From an uncultured Verrucomicrobiae bacterium (GTDB lineage Bacteria; Verrucomicrobiota; Verrucomicrobiia; Chthoniobacterales; UBA10450), in NCBI GenBank assembly GCA_963735805.1, contig CAVTMK010000004.1, positions 288,001 to 352,000 of the forward strand: a DNA stretch of 64,000 bases, in the 5' to 3' direction. Made by a program: the position numbers and the translations under genes. Below are positions 28,351-38,742 of the stretch, piece by piece (the stretch's first letter is position 1; every line of letters begins with the position of its first letter). The notes beneath the pieces were generated by a model. It ran no database searches. It saw only the letters and a program-made list of their open reading frames with translations, and had not been told where the DNA came from.

Positions 28351-29070
28351 TTAAATCCGCCAGAGCGAACGGTGCGTTCCAAACTCAGAGATTTCTCCCG
28401 ACGATTTGTTGCTGACGTAAATGGTGATGGAAATCACAGCCGCAAATGTGCCGACAAAAATCAGCGCCACCAACCAGGACGGTATATTCCCGATGCGGAG
28501 CGCATGGTAAAATGACACGAAATCCTTAATCGGCGCGCTGGCGTGCAAAAATATTTTCACCACCCAAGCCATCAGGATGAGAATGAAAATGAACATGTAA
28601 TTACGTTTCAGTCGGCGCCCGATAGCCTCCAGCTTGCTGATCTTGAAACAAGGCAATATCAAATCTTCGCAGACGAGCTTTTTCCATTCGCCATGGAGTA
28701 GCTCGCGATTTTCCATCACCATTGGGACGAGAAAATGCGCTTCAAGCATCCGGACACGCGCGCGAAAGGCGTCGTAAAAACGGTAACGACGCGCTTCGAT
28801 CCAGAGCAATACCCAAACAATGGCGAGGTTGAAGAAGAAAATAATGTGAGGCACTTCACGCGTGGAAAACGCGATGGTTATAATGGCGGTACTACTGGTG
28901 ATCGCCCAGTTCGAGGTGACGTCCAGCCGTTGCCGCCAAACCATGATCCGGCCCATCTCGCCGCGGTAAAAATGGGACATCGCGTTGACATAGCCGGGGT
29001 CGTAAAGGCTCCGTTGGAAGGAGACGGTCCTCTCTTCGTTTTGTGCTAATGCGGTGTTTTCAGTTGCCAC
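28351..29070 (-). CDS. DUF2270 family membrane protein
   Basis: HFYRGE..R...WR.RLD..SNWA, EARRYRF, EA.GRRL.RNY. Confidence 0.88.
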   Translation of the reverse strand: MATENTALAQNEERTVSFQRSLYDPGYVNAMSHFYRGEMGRIMVWRQRLDVTSNWAITSSTAIITIAFSTREVPHIIFFFNLAIVWVLLWIEARRYRFYDAFRARVRMLEAHFLVPMVMENRELLHGEWKKLVCEDLILPCFKISKLEAIGRRLKRNYMFIFILILMAWVVKIFLHASAPIKDFVSFYHALRIGNIPSWLVALIFVGTFAAVISITIYVSNKSSGEISEFGTHRSLWRI

Positions 29071-29132
29071 GGGTCGCTATTTAACTGGATAACTGGCTTT
29101 GCCGGATAATCCAATAAATCTCTCCGTTCCCA

Positions 29133-29588
29133 ATGGCTATCGCGCTAACCGATCTTCTCGATGAAAAACAGGTCATCCTGCGATTGCGCTCCAGGAAAGC
29201 GCTAAACGCGGTGCGCGAGATTATCGAATTGCTGGCGCAAAATGCGGCGATTGCGAAACCGGAAGCTTTCTTTGAGAAAGTGCTGGCGCGCGAGCAAGCG
29301 CACCCCAGTATGGTCGAAAACGGCGCGGCATTCCCCCATGCGCGCACGGACCTGGTTGATAAAATAGTCATTGGCATTGGACGGAGTCACGCAGGGATTC
29401 CATTCGGTCACAACGGAGTTCGCGCCCATTTGATTTTTGTCATCGGCGTTCCGGAACGCTTGGTGAATGATTATTTGATTTGCGTTGGAGCTCTCGTCCG
29501 ATTGGTGAAGGATGATCCGACCCGATCGGTACTACTGCACGCCCAAACTGAGCGGGAATTTATCGACGCGCTTACGGCAACACTATAA
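29133..29588 (+). CDS. PTS EIIA type-2 domain protein
   Basis: V.ARE...S....G.AFPHAR phospho-His motif. Confidence 0.9.
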   Translation: MAIALTDLLDEKQVILRLRSRKALNAVREIIELLAQNAAIAKPEAFFEKVLAREQAHPSMVENGAAFPHARTDLVDKIVIGIGRSHAGIPFGHNGVRAHLIFVIGVPERLVNDYLICVGALVRLVKDDPTRSVLLHAQTEREFIDALTATL

Positions 29589-29608
29589 TCGGGACCGGTG
29601 ATCCCGGC
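29583..29608 (+). repeat. GTAG-type REP-like repeat, left copy
   Basis: CTATAATCGGGACCGGTGATCCCGGC; 18/26 identical to the reverse complement of 30980..31005. Confidence 0.6.
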
Positions 29609-29611
29609 GTG

Positions 29612-30937
29612 CTAAGCCAGGTCACGTATCGCGCGCAGCACCGCGTCTACCTCTTGCGGAGAATTGACGACGCTGCATGCGACCCGCGCATAGGACACGC
29701 GATAAGGAGTCGTTGAAGCAACAATGCGTTGATTGAGGAGCCGCTTCACCACTTGCTCGGGTTTCATTCCCTTTACATCAAAGCAAACCATTCCCGCCGA
29801 AAGATTCCCGTCACGTGGGGTGTAGAGCTGAACACTCGGCATCCGCGCGAGTCCCTCCTTCATTTGAGCGTTTAATTCGTGAATTCGCGCTGTGATTCGA
29901 GTGGGCCCGATGCTCTCGTGAAAATGAATGGCAGACGGCAACGCGAAGTAGTGCTCGTAAGCTTGAAAACCGCCTGGCGAAAACCATGCCGCTCGCGCTG
30001 GAGGCTGGGGCTCATGTTCCTGTTCCCAGGCTTCGAAAGGCTCGAGCGAAAAAAAGCTGGGAATCACCGGGCGCATTCTTTGCCAGACTGCGGGCTTTGC
30101 CCAAACAAAGCCCGTGCCGCGGGGTCCAAACATCCATTTGTGCGTGCCGGCTGCAAAAGCATCGCATCCCAGGGCGGTGATCTTCGGATCTTCCACTCCC
30201 AACCCGTGCACGCCATCGACGATCAGCAACACACGATCTTTTTCTTCGCGGCCGCGATTCACCTCAGCAACGCCTTCTGCGATACGCGCGATCGGGAGAC
30301 GCACACCGCTGCTGGAGTGTACCCATGTCACGCCGACGGCTCGCGTCTTTGGTCCGATCGCCTTGCGCACACGTTCCGCGATTTCATCAGGCGAAATTGA
30401 GTTGTATGAATCGAAAAGTGGGATCTTGCGCCAGGTCGCGCCGCAGCGCCCCGTCGCCAATCGAATAGATTCGTGATGCACGTAGTGATCGTGAGCGGTC
30501 GTCAGGATCTCATCGCCTTCGCGCAACGGCAGTCCGTGGTAGAGAAGAGCCAGGCCGGTTGTTGTGTTCTGGGTAAGCGCGATTTCTTGCGGATCGCCAC
30601 TGATGTACCTGGCGATAGCCCGGCAGACCTGCTGCGGAATGTTCTCGTTAGTCTGCTCGAAGACTGCACTGTCGATAGTAAGCAACGGATTTGAATCGAT
30701 TTTTTCCCGGTATTGTTCGATCGCCTGTCGCACTGCCCTCGGGTGGGACACCAGAAAGAACAAGGCGAGATGAATGTAATCTGGAGCCAGGTCAAATTGC
30801 CGGCGCACCGACCCCCAATCTTTGAAGTCGGCAGTCGTGCCCGGCTTTATATTCTCGGCCCGGACATGCGAAGAAAATGCTCCAGCAGCCAGGGACAGCG
30901 AACCGCTGATGAGGAAATCGCGGCGGGTTAGAGGCAT
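29612..30937 (-). CDS. Tat-exported class V PLP aminotransferase (PvdN-like)
   Basis: TRRDFL signal, NTT.GL, VHSSSG, DGVHG, GTHKWMFGPRGTG. Confidence 0.88.
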   Translation of the reverse strand: MPLTRRDFLISGSLSLAAGAFSSHVRAENIKPGTTADFKDWGSVRRQFDLAPDYIHLALFFLVSHPRAVRQAIEQYREKIDSNPLLTIDSAVFEQTNENIPQQVCRAIARYISGDPQEIALTQNTTTGLALLYHGLPLREGDEILTTAHDHYVHHESIRLATGRCGATWRKIPLFDSYNSISPDEIAERVRKAIGPKTRAVGVTWVHSSSGVRLPIARIAEGVAEVNRGREEKDRVLLIVDGVHGLGVEDPKITALGCDAFAAGTHKWMFGPRGTGFVWAKPAVWQRMRPVIPSFFSLEPFEAWEQEHEPQPPARAAWFSPGGFQAYEHYFALPSAIHFHESIGPTRITARIHELNAQMKEGLARMPSVQLYTPRDGNLSAGMVCFDVKGMKPEQVVKRLLNQRIVASTTPYRVSYARVACSVVNSPQEVDAVLRAIRDLA

Positions 30938-30979
30938 GACTTTCTTTTCCTTTCTTGGCTCTAAGTGACAATCTTCTCC

Positions 30980-31005
30980 GCTAGGATTAACGATCCCGGC
31001 TACAG
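30980..31005 (-). repeat. GTAG-type REP-like repeat, right copy
   Basis: Minus strand CTGTAGCCGGGATCGTTAATCCTAGC. Confidence 0.65.
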
Positions 31006-32793
31006 CTAGACTGTGGCGCGCTCGGCTCTTATCTCGCCCGGCGCAACGGCGGCGATCGCACTTCTTCGGTACCGCCAGATGGCAAACGCTACGAACAAAA
31101 GATCCAAGGCGACGAATATCGCCACATAAGTCTCGCCACCGATGCCAAACCCGTAGCTATGCAGGCCTTTGCCGAGCACGAAGTTCACGCCGTACCAAGC
31201 CATTAGCACAGCGAGAAAACAGACCACGCTCGCGACGGCCAGGCCGAATTGAGTCCACCAACCTGCCAGCCGGCCATGCAAAGCGAGGATGTAACAGAGT
31301 AACGCGATCAACGCCCATGTCTCCTTTGGATCCCAACCCCAAAATCTGCCCCAGGAATAATTTGCCCAGACGCCGCCGAGAATGGTTCCGGCCGCGAGCA
31401 ATAGAACTCCCAATTGAAGCACTCGATATAGCCAGAAATGCATGGGAGCATCTGCGCGCGCGGCTGCCGGATTGCGTGCGTATCGCCACAATAAGATGTG
31501 CCCGAAGCCCATTGCCAGCGCGAACGCCGCGTAACTGAGCGTGATAGTGAGCACATGAATGGTCAGCCAAAAGTTATCGCGCAACACCGGGACCAACGGA
31601 TCAATGCTCGCAGGCATGGCAATTGGCATCTGATGGACCAGCAACAGCGCGACAAGTGTCACCGGTAACGCCGCGAGCAAATAGACGGGTGCCCGGTAAC
31701 GCGCAAAAAAAATCATCCCGAAAAATGAAACCGCAAACGAAACCCAGATAATTGATTCGTACATGTTGGTCACCGGCGGTCGGCCGGCGATCATGCACCG
31801 CATCACGATCCCCGCCGCCTGAAACGCGAGACCGACCACCGCTACTGCGACGCCGATGTTTTGCAGCGCGCTTCCGCGCTTGCGAAGATGTGCCGCAATC
31901 AGGATTACCAGCGCAATTCCGTAACACCAGATTGCGCGATAAAACGCTTCGAAATGGTTATAAAAATATTCGAGCCGCAATTGCTGGTCTCGCGGATAAA
32001 TTGACGGACTCAATACCCGCAGATTTTCGCGAAGCTGATTCGCGGCGCGACTGAAGTTAAACGCATCACTGTTGACGTACCCGGTTGCAACCGTTTGCAG
32101 TTGAGTCTGGACAGGCGCGAGCTGTGTGGCGGAATAGTATTTCGACCATCCTGATGGATCGACCCACGGATCTGTTTCTTTGGCGGGCGCGGGAACGATG
32201 AGCAATGCGCTTCCATCCATTACATGAGCAAGAAGTGTAAGCCTGTCGCTGACACTTAGTGCTTCCTGCTGAACCCGCGACAACGGTTTCTCCGCCCGCT
32301 TGAGTGCTTGCGCCTCAGTCGCGAGCCGCTGCAGTTCACTCGATCCGGTTAATTGCGCGAATGAAAAGCGTCGCTGCGTTCTATCGAGGCCAAGTTGCTC
32401 GACTAACTGCCCTGATGAGACGAGCACCATTGGCTCATTCTTCCAGTCATGCGTCTCAGTCAAAGCCGACAACACGAAATCGTTCGGATCCCATGATCGA
32501 CGCGTCTTATCCGTGTATGTCGATCTTCCGGTGATTCGAATCAGCGTTTCTTTTGCAAATGTGTCTACCGGTTTGCGCCGGCCACCGTCCTGAATCGCGA
32601 GCAATCCCCATTGTTTGAAATCCAGGTTGCCGGTATTTCCAGTCGATACATCGGTTGCGCCAAAACTGGTGCTTTTAGATAGCGCGCTGACTAAGGCGAC
32701 GAAAATGAGAAGTCGTAATTTCAAGCGTCTGGAATGTAGTTCTTCGCGCGAGTCATGTCGAGCCAGGCGATAAAGCCGTTTACTTCTCGTCAA
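31006..32793 (-). CDS. ccsA: Cytochrome c biogenesis protein CcsA/ResC (system II)
   Basis: GR.KP.DT, PVTNMYES, PVLR..WLTIHV, WWD domain GGVWANYSWGRFWGWDPKETW, GLHSYG; start may be TTG 32724. Confidence 0.93.
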   Translation of the reverse strand: MTRSKRLYRLARHDSREELHSRRLKLRLLIFVALVSALSKSTSFGATDVSTGNTGNLDFKQWGLLAIQDGGRRKPVDTFAKETLIRITGRSTYTDKTRRSWDPNDFVLSALTETHDWKNEPMVLVSSGQLVEQLGLDRTQRRFSFAQLTGSSELQRLATEAQALKRAEKPLSRVQQEALSVSDRLTLLAHVMDGSALLIVPAPAKETDPWVDPSGWSKYYSATQLAPVQTQLQTVATGYVNSDAFNFSRAANQLRENLRVLSPSIYPRDQQLRLEYFYNHFEAFYRAIWCYGIALVILIAAHLRKRGSALQNIGVAVAVVGLAFQAAGIVMRCMIAGRPPVTNMYESIIWVSFAVSFFGMIFFARYRAPVYLLAALPVTLVALLLVHQMPIAMPASIDPLVPVLRDNFWLTIHVLTITLSYAAFALAMGFGHILLWRYARNPAAARADAPMHFWLYRVLQLGVLLLAAGTILGGVWANYSWGRFWGWDPKETWALIALLCYILALHGRLAGWWTQFGLAVASVVCFLAVLMAWYGVNFVLGKGLHSYGFGIGGETYVAIFVALDLLFVAFAIWRYRRSAIAAVAPGEIRAERATV

Positions 32794-32826
32794 GATCGCA
32801 TCGAAAAGATTTTTTGGAGAATAGTG

Positions 32827-32855
32827 TTGACGAACTTCTGCACTTTAAGTAAAAC
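32827..32855 (+). promoter_or_regulatory. Sigma70-like promoter for the GH81 gene
   Basis: TTGACG-17 nt-TAAAAC. Confidence 0.5.
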
Positions 32856-32961
32856 CCCGGGCTCCATCCGAACGTGGGCCAAAACGCTTCCGAAGGATTC
32901 GTGATTCGCTTGTGGTTCTCCGGAGAAAAACCAATCCAAACGTCCTAGCTCCACTCAGAAA

Positions 32962-35900
32962 ATGGAAAAACACCAAAATAAATCTGTACGCGCTTTCTCG
33001 CTTCGAGTCACACCCGCGTCCCCACTGATATTCGTATCTGCATTTCTTCTCGCTGCTGCGTCGATCGCACAGGGCGCAGACATCATTTCAACCGGCCCCG
33101 TTAGCATTCTCAAGGGCAGCGACGCGATCAATCCGCGTCCTGGTACGCAAGGCGGCGGAGGAGAGTTCAACTCGCTTTTCTACGTATTGCCAGGGGAAGG
33201 CGAGGCACCGGACCCGGATCATTCCTCGCAGCATCAGGCTCCAAATCAACCGTTCTTCATCGCCTACGAGCCGACAGCCGGACCGGTGCAGTCGAATGAT
33301 TGGTGGACCGGGGTCGGGCTCCAGTGGTACGTCGATGCAACCAACTCGGGCTGGGCTTTCAGTTGGAGTGACGGCGTGATTCGCTCAAGCGGATTCATCA
33401 GCGAACCCTTCTACTATCAGTTCGTCGATTTCACCGGTGCGAGTGGTTCACAGCAGCCTCCTCTTCCGCCACCCCACGGTCTGCGGCTATGGAACCAGAA
33501 CGCCATTGCGGTGAAGACTGACGGCAAGATTAAGCCAACTGACTCGTTCAATGCCGCCAACAACATTGTTGACCGCGGTTTCCTCGCGCCCGAAGTCCAG
33601 GCAGTGGTGACCGTCGGCTTGGAAGGCGTACATCCGCTGGGCACGACCAAGCCAACGAGGGGGCCTTGGACGAACGTGCAGGTGCGGCAACATTCGGACT
33701 GGGGTGCGGTGCTGACCTACAAGGATGGCACAAACGAGATGGAGATCACGATGGCGAACGGATCGCCGTTCACATGGCTCGAGCGGAAACAGGGACAGGC
33801 AAATTTTCTGGTATGGGCCGGAGGCCCGACGGACCAGGGCGGTGCGCCTACTGTTTGGCAGAACGAGAACGGCGTGCTTGGACTGACGATCGATTCTTCA
33901 TTTAATCCAGACAACGCTATCCCTCAGACTGTATCCAAGGCCGCATACTTGGTCATCGCCGATCAAGGGACCTGGGTGCGGACGGACGCCACCAACGGCA
34001 AGCAATCGATGTTCAGGAACAGCACGGCAACGAAGGCGGTAGTGCTAGCGATGCCGCACAACATCCGGTTCGATACCACCTCGCTCCAGCGAGCCGCGAG
34101 CGACCTGATGCCCTTCGCATGTAGAAAGGTTGTCGGCACCCAGATCGACTATCCGCCCATCCCCGGTTCTCAAACTTCTGTCAACATAAATGGACAGCCA
34201 GTCACATTGGGCTACTCGCCGACAGATCACCATGTGGCTTTGCAGCTCCGGCTGACCACCCAGCCGTTTTTACCGAACTGCACGGCGTCCGACCCTATCC
34301 AGTTACTGTTTCCCCATCATTTCAAGTCGTTGCACCCCGGCCAGAGACCGCTGGTGGATAGCCGGTACACTTGGAACAGTATTATGGGCCCGCTGAGGCT
34401 CTACAAAAGCGGCGCATTCGTGCAGTTGATCGATACCGACGGTTTTCTGCCGTTTTTCCCGGATCTGGTAGCCGATTCCAATTTGCAAAATCCACTTCAA
34501 TCGAGGCAGTTAGCGGTGGAAGACATCTACGAAACGATGCGCAACTGGTTCTATAAGGAAGAGTTTCAGACAGGTGGGAACCATATTGATTCGTTTCTTC
34601 GCAACATCGGTACCTACGATAATCAACAGTTTAACACCTACGAGCAAGGCCTCTCCACTTTGATCGAGTCGATGATGATCGCGGATCAGTTGGCGCACTC
34701 CAGCAAGCTAACAGGCAATGACACCTCGACTAACAGCCTGCACGCTTGCCTGTGCAAACCGAAGACTCAGGTTGCGGCAGAGATGCGCGATTACATTTTA
34801 CAGGCGCTCAAGGAATTGGTCGGACAATGGGCTGACGTTTATACGGCACAGTTTATCCAGTACAACCCAACATTTAAGACTACCTACGGATTCCCGGCGG
34901 GCTTCGGGTCCGTTCAGAATCTGAACGATCATCATTTTCACTTTGGATATTTTCTGCGCGCGGCTGCAGCGATCGGCCGTTACGACCGACCATGGCTCGA
35001 TAGTTATCTGCCGTTCTTTGACGAGCTACGCAAGGATGTGGCGAACTACGATCGCAACGACGTCGCGTACCCATTTCTGCGTAACTTCAGTCCGTTCTAC
35101 GGACATAATTGGGCTAATGGCACGAGTCAAAACGGTGCCGATCAGGAGTCCACGAGCGAAGCGATCAACTTTTCCACCGGTCTCATCGAGCTGGGCTTTC
35201 TGCTGGGCAACAACGAATGGCGCGATATGGGCATGTACATGTACGAGCAGGAGATAGTCGCAGCGGAACAGTACCTGGTTTAATCAGGACGCAACGCTGC
35301 CCAATGTCGTACCGCGGCCCCCAATCGATCCTAATGATGTCCGCTACAACGGCAACTGGCCAGAGGAGTTCGTGACCTATAGAGGACCTGACGGCGGCGT
35401 CTGGCATACGACGCTGGCCGGGATCCTGGATCAGAGGTTTGTCAAGCGCGAGACTTTCTTCGGCGGCATCGATGCGACCTATTTCATCCACCTCATCCCG
35501 ATGAGCGCCAATACACTTTATGTGGGCAGGAACCAGGATTGGCTCCAGGCAACCTGGAAGCAATATCTGCTGGATACGGGCGCGGAGGGAAATCCCAATT
35601 TCCAGAGCCCGTTTGAAACCTTCATCGCAGCCTGGCAGGCACGGATGCCGACGAGCGGCGAGGGTATTAACGGGACCGGGCTTACCGCAGCGCTGACGCG
35701 TATCGCGCGAGAGCATACTTTCCAGTTCTTCGGACCCAATACCATGGCCAAGTACTGGGTGTACACCAACTCCCTGCTCGGGCAAGTGGATACATCGATC
35801 GTTGCTGACACTCCGGCCTATGGCGCATTCAAGGGTGCGGGAGGAAGCAACTCCTTCGTAGCGTACAATCCAACCAACCAAGCCATCACCGTCAACTTCA

Positions 35901-36802
35901 AAAACCGGGTAACGAACACTGATGTCGCTACACTGAGCGTCCCAGCGCAGTCCATGGCGAGCAAATCCTCGGGCCGTACCTCTACATTCAAACCCAGTCA
36001 GATCACTACGCCAGGAGGCAGGCTTTATCTAGGTCCTACGACCGGGCCCACGCCTCTGCCAATGACCGGACAACTCACCCACGCGGCGGGCACCTGGCTG
36101 CCACCCAATGGGACCTTTCCGTTCCCGAGGTTGTCAACCGATATCAGCAGGATCACGCCTTCGCTCAGCATCGTGCCGGTAGCTACCGGTAACTGCTCGG
36201 ACATCGATTTACCCGGAGAGGAGCACTGTCCGGATAGTAACAAAGCGTACGCCGAATGGACCGGCACGTTCAAGGGCACCCTTGTCGGTAGCAAGCCGTT
36301 TACTCAGATGGTCGTCTATACCGACCCGGCGCTTCACGTGGGCTGGCAGCAAGACCCGAACATCCGTGCCAACACTCACGTAAGAGTTGAATACTTTTTT
36401 GATTCCAACAGTACGGATCCCGACAGGATCGAGGTGTATACGCTGCCCTCGGTACACGGCAACAGCTTTGTGATGTTACAAAACAAGCTTACGCCGTACT
36501 ACTTCGGGTGTTACAGTGACAGTTCGAACTTTGGCGCATGTAACAGCATGGACTCCGGCCTCTATGGCCCGGATAATCCGGTTCTCAGCCCAGGCAAGAT
36601 TCAGCTGGACGATCGATTCGCCCCTGCGGAACCGTTCCCTGCCAGCGTGACGTGCGGAAAAATAAAAGTGCAACTGTACGGCCAGGCCGGTGCGGACAAT
36701 GCGGCAAAAATACCGGTACCCGTGTCAGTCGCTACTTCGCCACTGTTGAACAGGGCGTCCTGGGTGCAACCGCCGTACGATGGGGGCGAGTGTTCGCCTT
36801 AG
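32962..36802 (+). pseudogene. Large secreted GH81 endo-beta-1,3-glucanase, split by a 1-bp insertion (pseudogene or sequencing error)
   Basis: Signal peptide, SNDWW, GSPF, LNDHHFHFGYF, FLRNF..F.GH.WA.G, QESTSEAINF; removing one C at 35274/35275 joins ORFs 32962..35283 and 35372..36802 (EQY-WFNQD). Confidence 0.85.
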
Positions 36803-36852
36803 CGATAAAATTTATCGTTTCCGTTTGCGAAAGCTGAAGCAACGGGGCTAAC

Positions 36853-37710
36853 TTGAAACCCGTGTTCAGCCTGACCATGCTCGGCAGCGGGAGCGCGGGA
36901 AACAGCGCGCTGGTCGCAACGGATCACTGCAAGATTCTTGTCGACGGCGGACTGAGCGCGCGGCAATTGGTGCTGCGCCTGGAGCAGTGCGGAATCATGC
37001 CGGAGCAGATCGACGGCGTCCTTCTCACACACGAACACGGTGATCACGTTTGCGGTCTTGAAGTTCTCTGCCGCAAATTTGATGTGCCGATCTATTGTAA
37101 CGCATTGACGGCAGAAGCGGTTCGCTGCGACAGCCCGTTTGAACGACACCGCAACTGGCGAATCTTCGCGACCGGCGCCGACTTTTCGATCTGCGATATC
37201 GCCGTGGAAACATTTCCCGTCCCGCACGACGCGGTTGATCCGCTTGGATTCGTCTTTCACGCGGGCTCCGGCAGCCTCGGATTCGTCACGGACCTCGGTT
37301 ACGTAACTAAAATGATCGTCGAACGGTTGCGCCAGGTGCGCACGCTCGTGATCGAGACGAATCACGACGAGAAACTTTTGCAGAACGATACGCATCGGCC
37401 CTGGCCGGTGAAACAACGAATCCAATCGCGGCATGGCCATCTGTCGAACACAGCAGCGGCGGGCGTTATCGAGGAATTGTTACCGGGAAAAATCGAGCGC
37501 GTCGTACTCGGACATCTCAGCAGGGATTGCAACAGCCCTGAGCTCGCGCTCCAGACTGTGCGCTCGTCAGTGGCAAAGCACGGTAGAATGGAGGTGGAAA
37601 TCCATTGCGCCACCCAATTCGAAATCACTTCCCAATTTCGAATCGGTGAGACTGACTCCGGCCCGTTTCAACCAACGTTCGAGCATGCATTTTTCCGAAA
37701 CGCTGGGTAG
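36853..37710 (+). CDS. MBL-fold metallo-hydrolase (YycJ/WalJ-like)
   Basis: LGSGSAGN, THEHGDH, VPHDA, TDLG, E.NHD, GHLSN, HLS..N. Confidence 0.92.
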   Translation: MKPVFSLTMLGSGSAGNSALVATDHCKILVDGGLSARQLVLRLEQCGIMPEQIDGVLLTHEHGDHVCGLEVLCRKFDVPIYCNALTAEAVRCDSPFERHRNWRIFATGADFSICDIAVETFPVPHDAVDPLGFVFHAGSGSLGFVTDLGYVTKMIVERLRQVRTLVIETNHDEKLLQNDTHRPWPVKQRIQSRHGHLSNTAAAGVIEELLPGKIERVVLGHLSRDCNSPELALQTVRSSVAKHGRMEVEIHCATQFEITSQFRIGETDSGPFQPTFEHAFFRNAG

Positions 37711-37738
37711 CGCTCGTTTGCGCGCTCTTTCTATCTCA

Positions 37739-38077
37739 TCAGACAGCGTTTCGTTTCTTTTTCTTCCTGTTGGCCACATTCTTCGCCGCAGCGACGAGCG
37801 CGACGCGTAATGTACTGGCCTTCGCCGAGGCAAGATAAACGTTCGTGTAACCTTGCCGGCCCCACGAGCCGCTGGACGGTTTGAAAATCTGAGGTGCTTT
37901 CTCGATGAATGTGCGCTGCTGCTCCGGCGTAAGCTTTACCATCCCCCAGTTTTTGTCCGGCACACCAAGTGATGCGAAAATCTTTCCGCCAACACGGAAA
38001 TCCGGATGGTTCATGTGCGACAGCTCGACGGCCCCCGGAATTTTCAGAGCCATCTTTCGAAACTCGTCGATAGTCAT
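37739..38077 (-). CDS. MmcQ/YjbR family protein
   Basis: HMNHPDFRV.GKIFA.L, WG..G.T. Confidence 0.85.
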   Translation of the reverse strand: MTIDEFRKMALKIPGAVELSHMNHPDFRVGGKIFASLGVPDKNWGMVKLTPEQQRTFIEKAPQIFKPSSGSWGRQGYTNVYLASAKASTLRVALVAAAKNVANRKKKKRNAV

Positions 38078-38100
38078 TTAGTGTGCTCCGGCGGCGTTTA

Positions 38101-38712
38101 TTATTTTCTGTGGCCGACCATTTCGCCTCGCATCGTGCGTCGATCGACACGGGTAAGGTTTTTCTTCATCGCCCGTGTCAGCAACGAAATGTGTGGGATT
38201 TCACAAAGATACTCAGCAATGAACCAGATCGGTTTATCCGTGATCATCCAGTTCAGGTGATCGAATCGGGCGAGATTTACCGGACGCGAATAACGCCGCA
38301 GCGTACGTTCGCCGCGCAGGTTGAAATAAATGTTGAAATAACTCATGGCCAGTTCGCGCAGGCTGCGATAAACCGGGTCGCGATAACGGCACCCGGTGAA
38401 ATTGGATTTCGCCACGGCACCCCAATGGCCGCGCATTTTGAAAATGGCAACGACGTGATCAGTGTCCTGTTCTGCTTCCAAATCGAAGATCAACGGAGGG
38501 AATCCGAGAACGCGAAGCGCAGCTGCGGCGAAAATCCCGCCTTCGAGACATGACGCGACGCGGTCCTGGAGGACTTTCTTTGGCGAGCGAGCGGTATAAC
38601 TGAGGTTGTAAGGCAACTCGTCGAGAAACTTCTGAACGCCAGCTGGCGTTTTCAGAGCGCGTAACTGTCGCGACTCCGATGGCATGAAACCGAAGTTGTC
38701 AGGCCTTGGCAC
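38101..38712 (-). CDS. Conserved protein, transglutaminase/papain-like fold likely
   Basis: SP..VL....A.C.EG..FAAA, D.DHV.A.F, WGA..KSN. Confidence 0.7.
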   Translation of the reverse strand: MPRPDNFGFMPSESRQLRALKTPAGVQKFLDELPYNLSYTARSPKKVLQDRVASCLEGGIFAAAALRVLGFPPLIFDLEAEQDTDHVVAIFKMRGHWGAVAKSNFTGCRYRDPVYRSLRELAMSYFNIYFNLRGERTLRRYSRPVNLARFDHLNWMITDKPIWFIAEYLCEIPHISLLTRAMKKNLTRVDRRTMRGEMVGHRK

Positions 38713-38742
38713 GACCGAAGCTCCAATATCGCCGGCCAGCTT

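Noticed and set aside
32860..32940. c-di-GMP-like riboswitch upstream of GH81
   Set aside because: Only a loose GGCCAAAAC...CGAAGG resemblance; the second stem and the GCAAA junction are not supportable.
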